Source of the DNA: a virus
Virus record (IMG/VR): IMGVR_UViG_3300045747_000694
Coordinates: 106,165-153,172 of that record
Direction: 5' to 3' (one strand)
Length of the DNA stretch: 47,008 nucleotides
Each line of letters opens with the position of its first letter. Positions within the stretch are counted from its first letter, which is position 1. The notes below the pieces were generated by a model. That model made no database searches. It had not been told where the DNA came from and was given only the letters and a program-made list of their open reading frames with translations. This document shows positions 29,401 to 38,498 of this stretch, one piece after another. The position numbers were made by a program, and so were the translations under genes.

Positions 29401-30941
29401 TCTTCTCTCTCACGGACAAGCCGAGCATCTTCTCCATCGGGGTTCGTCCTGGCGACGTGCTCGAGCTGTACGAGGAGAAGCCCTTCTTCGACCCCAACGA
29501 CTACGCCTACCTGGTGGGGGTCAGCACGGAGGCCGACAGCCCTCGGGTGACGCGTCCTGCGTCAGCTCCCGCGTTCACCTCCATGCTGGGCGGGCTCCTC
29601 TTCTCCATCGTGGACGGCCCGGATGCCGGGCTCTACCGCATCGTCGACGTGCCGGACTCGTACACGCTGGTGCTCGACCGCCCCCTGACCACGTCGACTC
29701 AGGAGGTCCTCGCCCACGCTTCCAGCGTCTCCTATGGCTACGTCGGGACGGAGGACCGCATCGGCGCGCCTGGGATCGACTTCTCCCAGCACATCGACAG
29801 GTACGTCTCCCTCTACTGCGTGCAGGCGAGCACGTACCGCATCTACCTCGCTGGGACGTACCGCATCATGAGCGTCGTCTCGGGCGACGTCCACATTGCC
29901 GTGGTGGACCGCCCCACGCTCTTCGTCGGGGCGTACCAGGCGGATGCCAGGGCCTGCGTCGTCATCACGGATGCCCCTCCCTCCGCCCCTGAGGCCCGCG
30001 CCGGTGCACAGAGCGGGACCGGCACAGAGGTCGTCGGGGTTCGCCTGGCGCGCTTCTACCAGGACCTGCCCACTCTCCGGACCATCGTGTCGGTGGGGAC
30101 CAACATCACCACCTCCACGGTCACCGTCGACACTGCCTTCGGGGCTGGCATCAACAACCCCTACCGCATCTACCGGAAGGACATCCGGAGAGTGGGGGCG
30201 ATGGAGATGCTGGAGAACAAGGAGAACTCGCTCTACTACTTCGACACCGAGGTGCTCTCCCTCTCGTCGAGCCCGGCGGCGAACATCCCCGTCAACTCCT
30301 ACCTCGTGCCGAGGGAGGGGACCTTCGCCTCCAACGGGTACAAGCACATCGTCGATGACCGGACCCTGACCTTCTCGACCAAGGAGGAGGGGAAGCTCGA
30401 GCTCCCTCTTCGCATCATCCCCTCCTTCAGCGCCGACCGGCTGGACAACTCCCTCTCCATCCCAGGGGCCTCGCTCCAGATCACCTACGACATGTCGACG
30501 GTCGTGGACAGCGTCCAGACCTTCATCGGCTCTGTCGAAGACCGGGTCACCGCGGCGAACATGCTCGCCAGGCACTTCCTTCCCTCTTACGCCTCCTACG
30601 ACGCGACCTACATCGGGGGGTCCACCCCGGACATCGTCGCGAAGGACATCATCTCCTACATCGAGAGCCTCGCGGTGGAGACGCCTCTCGATGTCTCGGT
30701 GGTGCAGGACCTCATCGCCAAGCGGGGAGGGAACCTCCTCACGCCGTCGGCAGTCGTCACCATCATGCACGACTGGAGTCGGAGGATGTGGATGGAGATG
30801 TCGGCCAACCAGCTGGGCGGGACGGGCTCAGCGGTCCCCTACGACGGGTCCTCCCGGGTCACCTTCTTCATCCCAGGAGCGGACATCTCCCTGAAGACGT
30901 CCGAGCCCTACGGGGAGCGCATCAAGCTGGTCCGGAAGTGA
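26478..30941 (+). CDS. Very large baseplate J/gp6-like wedge protein (1487 aa)
   Basis: Position directly after the gp25-like gene. N-terminal region (FVDPLMQYLGTDPFETDIDKFL...LVANFYDQRAQGALAGGTVRAYYSNPANV...) is loosely reminiscent of Baseplate_J. Long beta-rich C-terminal extension. Confidence 0.6.
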   Translation: MAQAELKTFVEDRLQALVPGIDVSAGSPAQTTFVDPLMQYLGTDPFETDIDKFLSDRFRQEYPDIYAGDPSAIRDLFVKPLITFLEPIKREILTVRRNQSLQDPALLSDDDADALVANFYDQRAQGALAGGTVRAYYSNPANVPIETTVRFSTAGGLAFFPTAPTSITAEEMVFNRDGTLYYADIPVKAEKEGAAYNVGVGTIVNVDGLFGIVKVSNLQVFQSGADKISTDAFVSQSREALNERSLLNRRGAVPRLRDAFPGQLRAVQVIGAQDKEMERDILVGHTKGHTWLTGRVTLYESMALVQARTVDDGAESAPVAGDTLYVYLDKTTWPSGILQKDRFVELTVEETILDGIGGSGAFQCSFLVRWSGSLPTGILAPLSVEGGCTRKGTISITSIPGIGALTADVPDQSVHIYGHTDIYVRPTADVVSKSVLSPVVDASPVMEYTTLSTAATVPTNSVLDSVGRDFAVAGVLPGDVLYIESSDAAGTYTIADVTGSGSGSRLLLATNIERAATNARYRISRTVKVDLFSPKIPKLPFSNLPADDLTTQIGSLLFSFSTNTVDYGVRIGDTVRVTSGPDVGDFTITGFDGVLGGRGVLVDRRATASVAGVKYEIFTLLEPVQKPLIRLKEVMLLDSSKKATGVTVPPALPVAVRSLSDFTSASAKGRSYQNGGIVLPKLDTLFTTTNVPAINGDMRYSTGSEPADGGSYKAFELNYSGHVEGEILVPSSAYSECSWFLALVEDVDAVSGKPPVVFEVGGVLNLLSGPNKGGYLIREVKKVRYYPIATPTVPYWLTFVRIHGTFPVDTFRSVIDFIAANPVPITGFPGIPTLRAEIDGTPVLETWFGDFWANLPTWVNGSIGLLGGSPPSTTVAAIDTLLATDYEVGTPARGILRSYFQQPTLFTQNTAGSPTPTVYDFKAVTGDILSFRPDPFRYEEQNILPAREVSDVDVFSSPRDVLPSVPTAASGTSAVFSLTDKPSIFSIGVRPGDVLELYEEKPFFDPNDYAYLVGVSTEADSPRVTRPASAPAFTSMLGGLLFSIVDGPDAGLYRIVDVPDSYTLVLDRPLTTSTQEVLAHASSVSYGYVGTEDRIGAPGIDFSQHIDRYVSLYCVQASTYRIYLAGTYRIMSVVSGDVHIAVVDRPTLFVGAYQADARACVVITDAPPSAPEARAGAQSGTGTEVVGVRLARFYQDLPTLRTIVSVGTNITTSTVTVDTAFGAGINNPYRIYRKDIRRVGAMEMLENKENSLYYFDTEVLSLSSSPAANIPVNSYLVPREGTFASNGYKHIVDDRTLTFSTKEEGKLELPLRIIPSFSADRLDNSLSIPGASLQITYDMSTVVDSVQTFIGSVEDRVTAANMLARHFLPSYASYDATYIGGSTPDIVAKDIISYIESLAVETPLDVSVVQDLIAKRGGNLLTPSAVVTIMHDWSRRMWMEMSANQLGGTGSAVPYDGSSRVTFFIPGADISLKTSEPYGERIKLVRK

Positions 30942-31221
30942 CCCGGGTAGCCATCCCGGTGTAGGCGTCGTACTCCGTCTTGCACTCGACGCAGCGCAGA
31001 AGACGGTGGGGAAGGGCAGAGCCGGCAACGAAGGGACGAGAAGGGTCGACGAAGGCCTCGTAGGCGGGGCCCCTACAGTTCGGGCAGGAGGCACGCTGGA
31101 AGACCGCCTCCTCTCGCGCGATGAGAGGAGTGAGGATGTCCTGGTGGATCTTGGCGCCTGACGCGTCCGTCTCATCGAGGATCGCCCGGATCTGCGCTGG
31201 GTCCATCGGCTTGAAGTTCAT
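30922..31221 (-). CDS. Small zinc-ribbon protein (99 aa; CPNC...CVEC). The only minus-strand gene inside the structural operon.
   Basis: Minus-strand ORF with a strong GGAAGGA RBS 5 nt upstream of its ATG. Four Cys arranged as two CxxC pairs. Converges on and overlaps the 3' end of the J-like gene by 20 nt. Confidence 0.55.
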   Translation of the reverse strand: MNFKPMDPAQIRAILDETDASGAKIHQDILTPLIAREEAVFQRASCPNCRGPAYEAFVDPSRPFVAGSALPHRLLRCVECKTEYDAYTGMATRVTSGPA

Positions 31222-31284
31222 GTTCCTTCCCCCGGTGTGCCCTGAAGTCTATACTCGTTCCACCTTGAACTTCATGGACTTCTA

Positions 31285-33558
31285 GTGCCTCTCCGACTCG
31301 TGAACACCGTGCCAGGGAAGAGCCAGGAGGCCATGTGGCCCGGTGGCCCCTACCGCTTCGGCCTTCGCTCCGTGCCCCCGTCTGCTCGAGTGGCGCTCGG
31401 AGGTACGCTTCTGCACGTCGGCACCTCCGATGTCCGACGGCACCCTACCAACCTTCCCGAGACGGATGAAGTCCTCATCGCGTACGGCTCGGAGGTCTCC
31501 TTCCGCTCCATGGAGCACCTCTCTCCTGAGGTCTCCGGGGTGTGCACCGTGGCGGAGAGCTCGAGCTCCCTGTCCCTGACGAGAGTCGGCGGCAACCCCT
31601 ACGGGAAGAGCGTCTACGAGGTCAAGCAGCCCCTCCCGGTGAGCGCCAACGTCATGGGGCACGTGAGGCTTCGCAAGGAGGCATGGCCTCTCTCGCAGCC
31701 CGACTGGTTCTACAAGGCCAACACCGCCAGCCCCTACGTCGGGCTCCGCCACAACCAGTACACCTCGGGGGTCGATGTCTTCTTCCAAGGCGGCGGGTCG
31801 CCAGGCCTCTGGATCGTGGGGCCCCTTCAGGCCTTCCAGCAGGTCCGGTACTACGAGCACTTCGTCGCCTTCGACTGGGTGAGCCTGCCGAACGGGACCC
31901 CCATCGACATCTGGATCGTGGTCGCGGCCGACGGCTTCATCCCCCCGGCATCCCCGGCGTACGCGCCCACGGCGGAGGTGTGGGCCGGGGCCGGCTCCTA
32001 CATCCCCGCCAGCCGCCTCGTTCGCCTGCCCATCGGCAACTTCGGACTGGTGCCGGGCGGTGTCGCCGAGGACTCCGTCTCGCTGCTCTTCGGGAACGGC
32101 TCGGCCGTCGCCAGCACGATCAACATCGAGGACTGGGGCATCTACCCGGACTTCCGGGTGGCCATCGACAACGGAGACCCCCGCACCCAGCATGAGGTTG
32201 TCTTCTCGGCGGCGAGTCCTACGACGTACAGGGCCGCCACCAAGAAGGAGCCGGAAGGCTGGGACTTCGTGGCATCCGGGGCCGCTACCTCGAGGACGTT
32301 CGGGTACCAGCCTGGCAACCGGGCTGCCTCCCAGGCTCTCAGGGTGACGAAGACGGGGACGGGGTACGCGCGCTACGAGAGGGACGAGCCCATCCTCGCA
32401 ACCGCAACAGAGGCCTCTCTCGAGGTCTTCTGTGCAGGCCTTCCTACCACCTACGACGGCAACGTCTTCGGGGCGGGCATCGAGCTCGACGATGGGACTC
32501 ACGTCTTCCGGGTGATGATGCTGAGGGAGGGCACCGGGAGCTACAGTCTCGGCCTCGCTCTCGACGGGGCACCGAACGCCGACGCGTCGTACTTCAGTCG
32601 GTACGTCATCGACTTCCAGTCTCTTCGCATCATCCGCCTCACGGTGGACAAGGTGAGGGACGAGGTTCGTCTGTACGTCGACGGCAACCTGGTGCTCAGC
32701 GTCCCCCTCAGCACGACGGCATGGCCCGCCACCGTGGGGACTCCTGCGGCGAGGATGGGGCACCTCATCAACGTCAACTCCACCGGAAGGTTCGACCTCG
32801 TCCTCTCGAACCTCTACACGACGGCGTCCTCCTTCGAGACCGCGCCAGACGGCGGGCTCCCGCCGGCACCCTTCGTCCTCGCCGCCACCACCGGCAACAC
32901 GGCGACAGCGGGGCTCGTCCTCCACAAGACGGACTTCGGTGTCCCCTTCAGTGGGGCGGTCTACTCCGCTCCCATCGACATGGACCCGTACTGCGGTGCC
33001 TGGACCGAGTTCTCGGTGAAGGTCGTGCACTACTCCGACAGCCACGGCACGGACCTGGCCACGGTGTCCTCCACCGGCGTCGGCGTGAAGCTGAACTTCG
33101 GGCAGAGCCTCCTGACCCTCGTCTTCGTCGACAGCGGCTCCGCTGGGCGCTACGTCGGCATCGTCCCGGGGAGCGGCTCAATCGACGACCTCGTGAACCA
33201 GACGCAGTTGGGGAGGAAGTTCTCGACCCCATTCGACTGGACGGAGAAGCAGACCTACCGCCTCCACTACAAGCCCTACGAGTCGATCGAGGTCTGGGTG
33301 GGGAGCGTGGTCTCGTCTCCCCAGATCGTGATCCCTTGGAGCGATGGCTTCGACATCCCGGCCATCACCCTCGGGACTTCGGGGATCACCTTCGGCCACA
33401 TCTCTTCGGACGAGTCTGGGCAGAGCGAGTGGGACTTCTTCCGCTTCGGCGGCCCGACCGGCTACGACATCAACGTCGAGCAGCTCTTCTCGGCGGACCC
33501 CGCCCCGTACCACTACGGCGGCCAGTCCGCCTACCTCTTGCAGTTCCTCGACGGGTAA
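31285..33558 (+). CDS. Large baseplate/tail protein (757 aa) with a probable concanavalin-A-like (LamG-type) lectin domain
   Basis: Segment FQSLRIIRLTVDKVRDEVRLYVDGNLVLSVPL is typical of LamG/ConA-like folds. Start ambiguous (GTG 31285/31300/31309, or ATG 31333 preceded by AGGAGG with a short spacer). Confidence 0.7.
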   Translation: MPLRLVNTVPGKSQEAMWPGGPYRFGLRSVPPSARVALGGTLLHVGTSDVRRHPTNLPETDEVLIAYGSEVSFRSMEHLSPEVSGVCTVAESSSSLSLTRVGGNPYGKSVYEVKQPLPVSANVMGHVRLRKEAWPLSQPDWFYKANTASPYVGLRHNQYTSGVDVFFQGGGSPGLWIVGPLQAFQQVRYYEHFVAFDWVSLPNGTPIDIWIVVAADGFIPPASPAYAPTAEVWAGAGSYIPASRLVRLPIGNFGLVPGGVAEDSVSLLFGNGSAVASTINIEDWGIYPDFRVAIDNGDPRTQHEVVFSAASPTTYRAATKKEPEGWDFVASGAATSRTFGYQPGNRAASQALRVTKTGTGYARYERDEPILATATEASLEVFCAGLPTTYDGNVFGAGIELDDGTHVFRVMMLREGTGSYSLGLALDGAPNADASYFSRYVIDFQSLRIIRLTVDKVRDEVRLYVDGNLVLSVPLSTTAWPATVGTPAARMGHLINVNSTGRFDLVLSNLYTTASSFETAPDGGLPPAPFVLAATTGNTATAGLVLHKTDFGVPFSGAVYSAPIDMDPYCGAWTEFSVKVVHYSDSHGTDLATVSSTGVGVKLNFGQSLLTLVFVDSGSAGRYVGIVPGSGSIDDLVNQTQLGRKFSTPFDWTEKQTYRLHYKPYESIEVWVGSVVSSPQIVIPWSDGFDIPAITLGTSGITFGHISSDESGQSEWDFFRFGGPTGYDINVEQLFSADPAPYHYGGQSAYLLQFLDG

Positions 33559-33561
33559 CCG

Positions 33562-36500
33562 ATGGCGACCTTCAACTCAGGAGGATTCGGAACCGTCTCG
33601 TCCCTGGTGGAGAGGCCGACAGCCGTAGTCGTTGGCCTGCCCTCGGTGGCTGTTCTTGGGGCAACGGTTCGGCTCGACGGGTCGGGGAGCGTCAACCCCA
33701 CCACCACCGAGCTCGTCTACACGTGGGCCATCACCGCGGCGCCCATCGGGTCGAAGACCCCCTACGAGCCCTTCAAGCAGATCACCGAGGACTGGTCCTC
33801 TGTCTGGTTCTCCCCGGACCTCGTGGGCGAGTACATCATCGAGCTCACCGTCTCCTCCGGCAACTTCGAGAGCAAGGCGCAGACGAGGATCTCGGTCCGC
33901 GCCATCCTCATCCCGGACGGCCGCGCCATCGTCCCGGACGGCAAGTTCATCTGGAGCTACCTGCGCGACGTGTGGCAGCAGGTGGAGGACAGGCAGATCT
34001 TCGAGACCCTCTGGTCGGCTCTCATCCAGATCTGCGGTGCCGAGCTGCTGAAGCTCTACCAGTTCGACTTCAACAAGAGCATCAGGGACATCCAGGAGAA
34101 GATGCAGCGCCGGTGGCTGGCCTACGAGCCGCGGCTCGAGCTCGACCCCGCCGGCATGACCGCCTTCCTTGGGAACGAGGAGGCCGGGCAGGGAGGCTCC
34201 ACGCAGGCGCTGGGCAGGGAGGCGAAGGCCGTCATCTTCGCCTCCAACGAGCTCATCGTGGTCGAAGGGTCCGTCATCGCCGACGTCCCCCCTTACCTCG
34301 ACATCCTCTACAGCCGCTCCTCTTCGAACGTCGGAGAGTACCGGACCATGGGGACGAACGCCGGAGCCACTGGCTACCGGATCAACGGGAGCATCCCCTC
34401 CACAACGGCCGACCGCGTCCCCGGGCCGACCTCGGTGTTCACCCCGCAGTTCCCCTTCCAGTCGCGGACGTGGGCTCTCCAGGCCCCGCCGGCTCCTCAG
34501 TACGCGCTGAAGATGTCGATGTACCCGCCAACGGTGGACGAGCTCTCCGACATCTACAGTGTGGCGGGGTCCATCGGGGATGTCCGGGTCGGGGACGTGG
34601 CGTACATCGCGACGGGCGTCAACGTCGGCTTCTACCGCATCACCGCGTCCACGGGCATCTTCATCGAGGTGGACCGCGCCCCGCCGAGCTCTTCCCAGCC
34701 CTCGGACCAGGTGATCATCTTCCGCCCGGTGGGCATCAAGTTCGCTCCCCTCCCGGGGGCCGTCTCGACGAGCTTCACCGTTCCGCAGGCCACCCCCGCT
34801 TCCGCCATCGCCAACCTCGCCAAGGGTCGGCTCATCACCATCGGCGGCAGGGCCTACCCTGTCCTGCGCTCGACGCTCGACATCCGCCAGCCGGTCCCGA
34901 CCTTCATCATCACGACGGACGACTCGGAGGTCGTGACTGGCCGGTCGAACCTGAACTGGCGAGTGCCCAACACTCTCGTGTCCCCGACCGTGGACTTCGA
35001 GGCGAAGGGCGTAACCTCCGGAGACCTGCTCCTCTTCGACGTCAGGATGGAGGGCGGGAGCGGTGTCGCTCAGGTGGCGGCACAGGTCATCGGGGTGCAC
35101 GGCTACAGGCTTGCCTTCGTGGTGACGACCGCGGTGCTCTCCCCCGGAGAGGGCTACACCGTCTCGGACTCGACCATCGCCGAGGCCTTCGGTGCTCTCG
35201 GCATTCGCTCGGTCACCATCTCTCCGACTGGGGAAGTGTCCTTCTCGGGCGACGCGGCGGTGCTCTACACCTTCATCAAGAGCGGCCTCTTCGCACAGCA
35301 GTTCTGGAACACGGAGATCGACCTGTCGACCGGCTTCGTCACGCCGGTGGGCCGCTTCTTCGTCACCCCTCGTGCTGTCATCCGGAACAGCAAGATCCCG
35401 GTGGACGACACGGTCTTGTCCGTGCCCGTGCTCCAAGAGTGGGTGGCGCAGCCAACGCTCGTCGAGAAGGACGGGAAGGTCTACCAGAAGAAGGGTGATG
35501 TCGAGTACGAGCTCCCACGGCGGCCCGTGATGCTGGTGGAGGGGAACGACTACCTCACCGACGGCACCACTGCCTTCGATGACACCGTCCCGTTCCTCAC
35601 TGGGACCGCCACGCTCGAGGTGGAGGGGGCCGGCTTCCTCTCCCGGCAGGTGGCTCCTGGGGACAAGGTGTCCATCCCCACCGCCGTCAGCCTGAACCTG
35701 CCCTACATCGTCGTGGAGGTGCTGTCTGAGGACAAGCTCCTGCTCTCGACGATGATCCCGGCGCTGCTCGTGCCCGTGACCACGGAGAGGGTCGTCGTCA
35801 CGCGCAGGGCGGGCGGCAAGTACCTCAGGCTCCTTCCCGGCGGGTTCACCGCGGCGAAGCCTGCCCCGGATCGGTTCTGGGCCGAGGTCAGCTACTTCGA
35901 CAACTCGGACGCCATCGAGGCGAACTTCGGCATCATGGTGGGCCTCAAGAGAGAGGACCTCGACAAGATCACCACGCGGGTCTCCTACCGCCAGGCGGTG
36001 GCAGGGCTGATGTTCGCCTACACCCGCGGCTCGACCATCGAGAAGGTGCGCCTCGGCGCTCAGATCCTGCTCGGCCTCCCCTTCGCAGAGCACCGCGGCA
36101 TCATCAGGTCGATGGAGAGCAACTACCGCACCGACGCTTCTGGCGTCCCCATCCTCGGGCGGCTTCTCATCGAGGACGTCGATGACGTCGGAGTCCCGGC
36201 AGGCATCCAGCGCGTCTACACCTACCCCATCGACAACCAGTCCTCGGACCTCTCCGGCGTGGAGGTCAACCCAGCCACCGGGGCCATCTACGCGGTCGAC
36301 GACATCGTGGAGGCCTTCGCTCCTCTGGCGAAGGGGGTCGGGGTCAGCGACTACCTGACGGACCCGCTCAACAGCCAGTCCTCCGGCATCTCGCAGCTCC
36401 AGAAGTTCCACTCCTTCAGGCTGCGGGCCAACGACAACCTCTTCAACATCGAGGAGATCACTCTCGTCTCTTCGTTCCTCCGTCGCATCACCCCGTCCTA

Positions 36501-37851
36501 CGTGGCCTTCATCATCTCGGAGGTGATGCAGTTCGGGGATGATGTCTCCGTCCTGGACTCCGTCGCGATGGTGCTCAGCCGTGGCGGGAGGTGGGGCGGG
36601 CTCGCCGGCCTCAACGACAACGTGGGGACCGGCCTCGGCACTCCCTTCATGTTCGACCAGATGGACTTCTCGGGCCACCACCTGATCCGCTGGGACGATG
36701 GCGTCTTCAAGCTGCGCCGGTCAGGGAAGGACGCCGTCGTTGCAGACGTCGACCACGTGACCGGCACGGTCAGCTTCTCGGGAGACATCGTCTCCACGGT
36801 CATGCCGGGCGCACTCATCAAGGTCGGCGACTACGTCATCTTCGGAAGCGGCCCGAACGCGGGGATCTACCCCATCACGGTGGTGACGGAGGGCGTGGGG
36901 GTGACCGTCGATACGACGGGGAAGTCGCTCACGTCGGGCATCGACCAGCTCTTCCTTGTCGCCAGGAAGATCAGCGAGGTCATCCGCTCTGGTCTCTGCA
37001 ACCGCATCCAGATCGTGGACGCCAGCGGGGTCATGGGGACAACGCGGTACGGGACCAACACCACGGACCCCTACGGCTTCGTCATCGACGCGGGGGACGT
37101 CATCGCCGACATCCCCAGCTCTGCTACGCGAACCGCACGATTCACGGTGACAGGGAACGTCTTGGACGGGGTCATGCCGGGAGACTGGCTCCTCACCTGC
37201 GGAGGTCGGCTCCTCATCACGGATGTGCAGGCCATGATCGTGACGGTCATCGGAGAGACAGACTTCACGCCGGAGGGGAACGCCCCTTACGTCATTGTCC
37301 GCCCCAGCCTGCTCTCTTCCCCATCGGAGAGCTCGTGGTCCATCGTCTCGGACGGCTCTTCGTACTCTTGCGACGATGACCTTCGGCTGATGGCCGACCC
37401 GGGCGACTACCTCGAGGTCGTGTCCCCTACCGGCTTCGCCGAGGTCTATGTCGTCGATGCGAAGTGGAACAACTACCTCCCCGTCCTCCCGGCGGACACC
37501 TACACCGTCCGGCTGAAGAAGAAGAACCGGCCGCAGGGGCCCCTCGGCTTCGACTTCATCCTGAGCGGCGACATCAACGACCAGGTGGACATCTACCTCC
37601 GGTCCCCGAACACCATCATCTCCGACGCCACGGGGACGATCACCATCCCGGCGCATGAGGCGCTCGACATGGGCGCGCAGATCGGGGACTTCATCCGCCT
37701 CTACGACATCACCCAGATCGACAACGGCTACGGCCCTGGGGTCTACCCAATCGCCTCCATCGCTGCCAGCGGAGGAGATGACGTTGTTGTACTCTCCGGC
37801 GGCATGGTTGACGGTGGGACGACCGCCTGGTCCCTTCTCAGGAGACGATGA
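33562..37851 (+). CDS. Giant structural protein (1429 aa) with an N-terminal PKD-like Ig domain; baseplate/fibre-associated
   Basis: PKD-type motif VRLDGSGSVNPTTTELVYTWAITAAP. Long beta-rich body. Operon position between baseplate and fibre genes. Confidence 0.8.
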   Translation: MATFNSGGFGTVSSLVERPTAVVVGLPSVAVLGATVRLDGSGSVNPTTTELVYTWAITAAPIGSKTPYEPFKQITEDWSSVWFSPDLVGEYIIELTVSSGNFESKAQTRISVRAILIPDGRAIVPDGKFIWSYLRDVWQQVEDRQIFETLWSALIQICGAELLKLYQFDFNKSIRDIQEKMQRRWLAYEPRLELDPAGMTAFLGNEEAGQGGSTQALGREAKAVIFASNELIVVEGSVIADVPPYLDILYSRSSSNVGEYRTMGTNAGATGYRINGSIPSTTADRVPGPTSVFTPQFPFQSRTWALQAPPAPQYALKMSMYPPTVDELSDIYSVAGSIGDVRVGDVAYIATGVNVGFYRITASTGIFIEVDRAPPSSSQPSDQVIIFRPVGIKFAPLPGAVSTSFTVPQATPASAIANLAKGRLITIGGRAYPVLRSTLDIRQPVPTFIITTDDSEVVTGRSNLNWRVPNTLVSPTVDFEAKGVTSGDLLLFDVRMEGGSGVAQVAAQVIGVHGYRLAFVVTTAVLSPGEGYTVSDSTIAEAFGALGIRSVTISPTGEVSFSGDAAVLYTFIKSGLFAQQFWNTEIDLSTGFVTPVGRFFVTPRAVIRNSKIPVDDTVLSVPVLQEWVAQPTLVEKDGKVYQKKGDVEYELPRRPVMLVEGNDYLTDGTTAFDDTVPFLTGTATLEVEGAGFLSRQVAPGDKVSIPTAVSLNLPYIVVEVLSEDKLLLSTMIPALLVPVTTERVVVTRRAGGKYLRLLPGGFTAAKPAPDRFWAEVSYFDNSDAIEANFGIMVGLKREDLDKITTRVSYRQAVAGLMFAYTRGSTIEKVRLGAQILLGLPFAEHRGIIRSMESNYRTDASGVPILGRLLIEDVDDVGVPAGIQRVYTYPIDNQSSDLSGVEVNPATGAIYAVDDIVEAFAPLAKGVGVSDYLTDPLNSQSSGISQLQKFHSFRLRANDNLFNIEEITLVSSFLRRITPSYVAFIISEVMQFGDDVSVLDSVAMVLSRGGRWGGLAGLNDNVGTGLGTPFMFDQMDFSGHHLIRWDDGVFKLRRSGKDAVVADVDHVTGTVSFSGDIVSTVMPGALIKVGDYVIFGSGPNAGIYPITVVTEGVGVTVDTTGKSLTSGIDQLFLVARKISEVIRSGLCNRIQIVDASGVMGTTRYGTNTTDPYGFVIDAGDVIADIPSSATRTARFTVTGNVLDGVMPGDWLLTCGGRLLITDVQAMIVTVIGETDFTPEGNAPYVIVRPSLLSSPSESSWSIVSDGSSYSCDDDLRLMADPGDYLEVVSPTGFAEVYVVDAKWNNYLPVLPADTYTVRLKKKNRPQGPLGFDFILSGDINDQVDIYLRSPNTIISDATGTITIPAHEALDMGAQIGDFIRLYDITQIDNGYGPGVYPIASIAASGGDDVVVLSGGMVDGGTTAWSLLRRR

Positions 37852-38489
37852 GCATGAACATCAGCGATGCAGTTCGAGTCAGCGACGCCGGCCTTGTCCG
37901 GGCCGGCACCACTGAGCGCAGCTGGGGCTCCGAGAGGAGCGTCGTCGAGGTGAAGGGCTGGGTGAAGCTGGTCCTGCGAGAGCGGGGCAAGAAGGTCACC
38001 GAGCGCGAGGGGCACAACGTCTGGACCAACACCGGGCGCGAGTTCCTGACCCAGCGCATCAGCCTCGACCTCGCCTCTCCCTCGAGCACCCTTCGGACGG
38101 ACGCGGTCGCCTTCGTCGGAGCCGGCATCGGGGCGAGCACGGAGGAGCCGGGGGTCCTGGCCTTGCAGGACCCGGTGGCCTACGACACCTCGCTCTTCCT
38201 CGCCGAGATCACGGGGGTGTCCTTCCCGGCCTACCCGGTCCGCACCACGGTCGAGTACCAGCGGACCTTCGCCGAGTCCGAGATCACCATCATCCCCGGC
38301 ACCGTCCTCATCTCGGAGCTCGGGCTCTTCACGAACGGCGACCCTGCCGGCACGCCCGCCAACGGCTTCGGCACCAGGAGCCGGGCCCTCAGCAGCTTCA
38401 CGGCGGCCCCCGTGGCGTACAAGAGCTTCGAGCCCGTGGCCAAGACCGAGAACATGCAGCTCGAAGTCTTCTGGCAGATCCGCTTCTAG
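37848..38489 (+). CDS. Tail-associated protein (213 aa); alternative start ATG 37854
   Basis: ATGA overlap with the upstream stop. The AGGAGA RBS is better spaced for ATG 37854. Confidence 0.6.
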   Translation: MSMNISDAVRVSDAGLVRAGTTERSWGSERSVVEVKGWVKLVLRERGKKVTEREGHNVWTNTGREFLTQRISLDLASPSSTLRTDAVAFVGAGIGASTEEPGVLALQDPVAYDTSLFLAEITGVSFPAYPVRTTVEYQRTFAESEITIIPGTVLISELGLFTNGDPAGTPANGFGTRSRALSSFTAAPVAYKSFEPVAKTENMQLEVFWQIRF

Positions 38490-38498
38490 GAGTGAACC

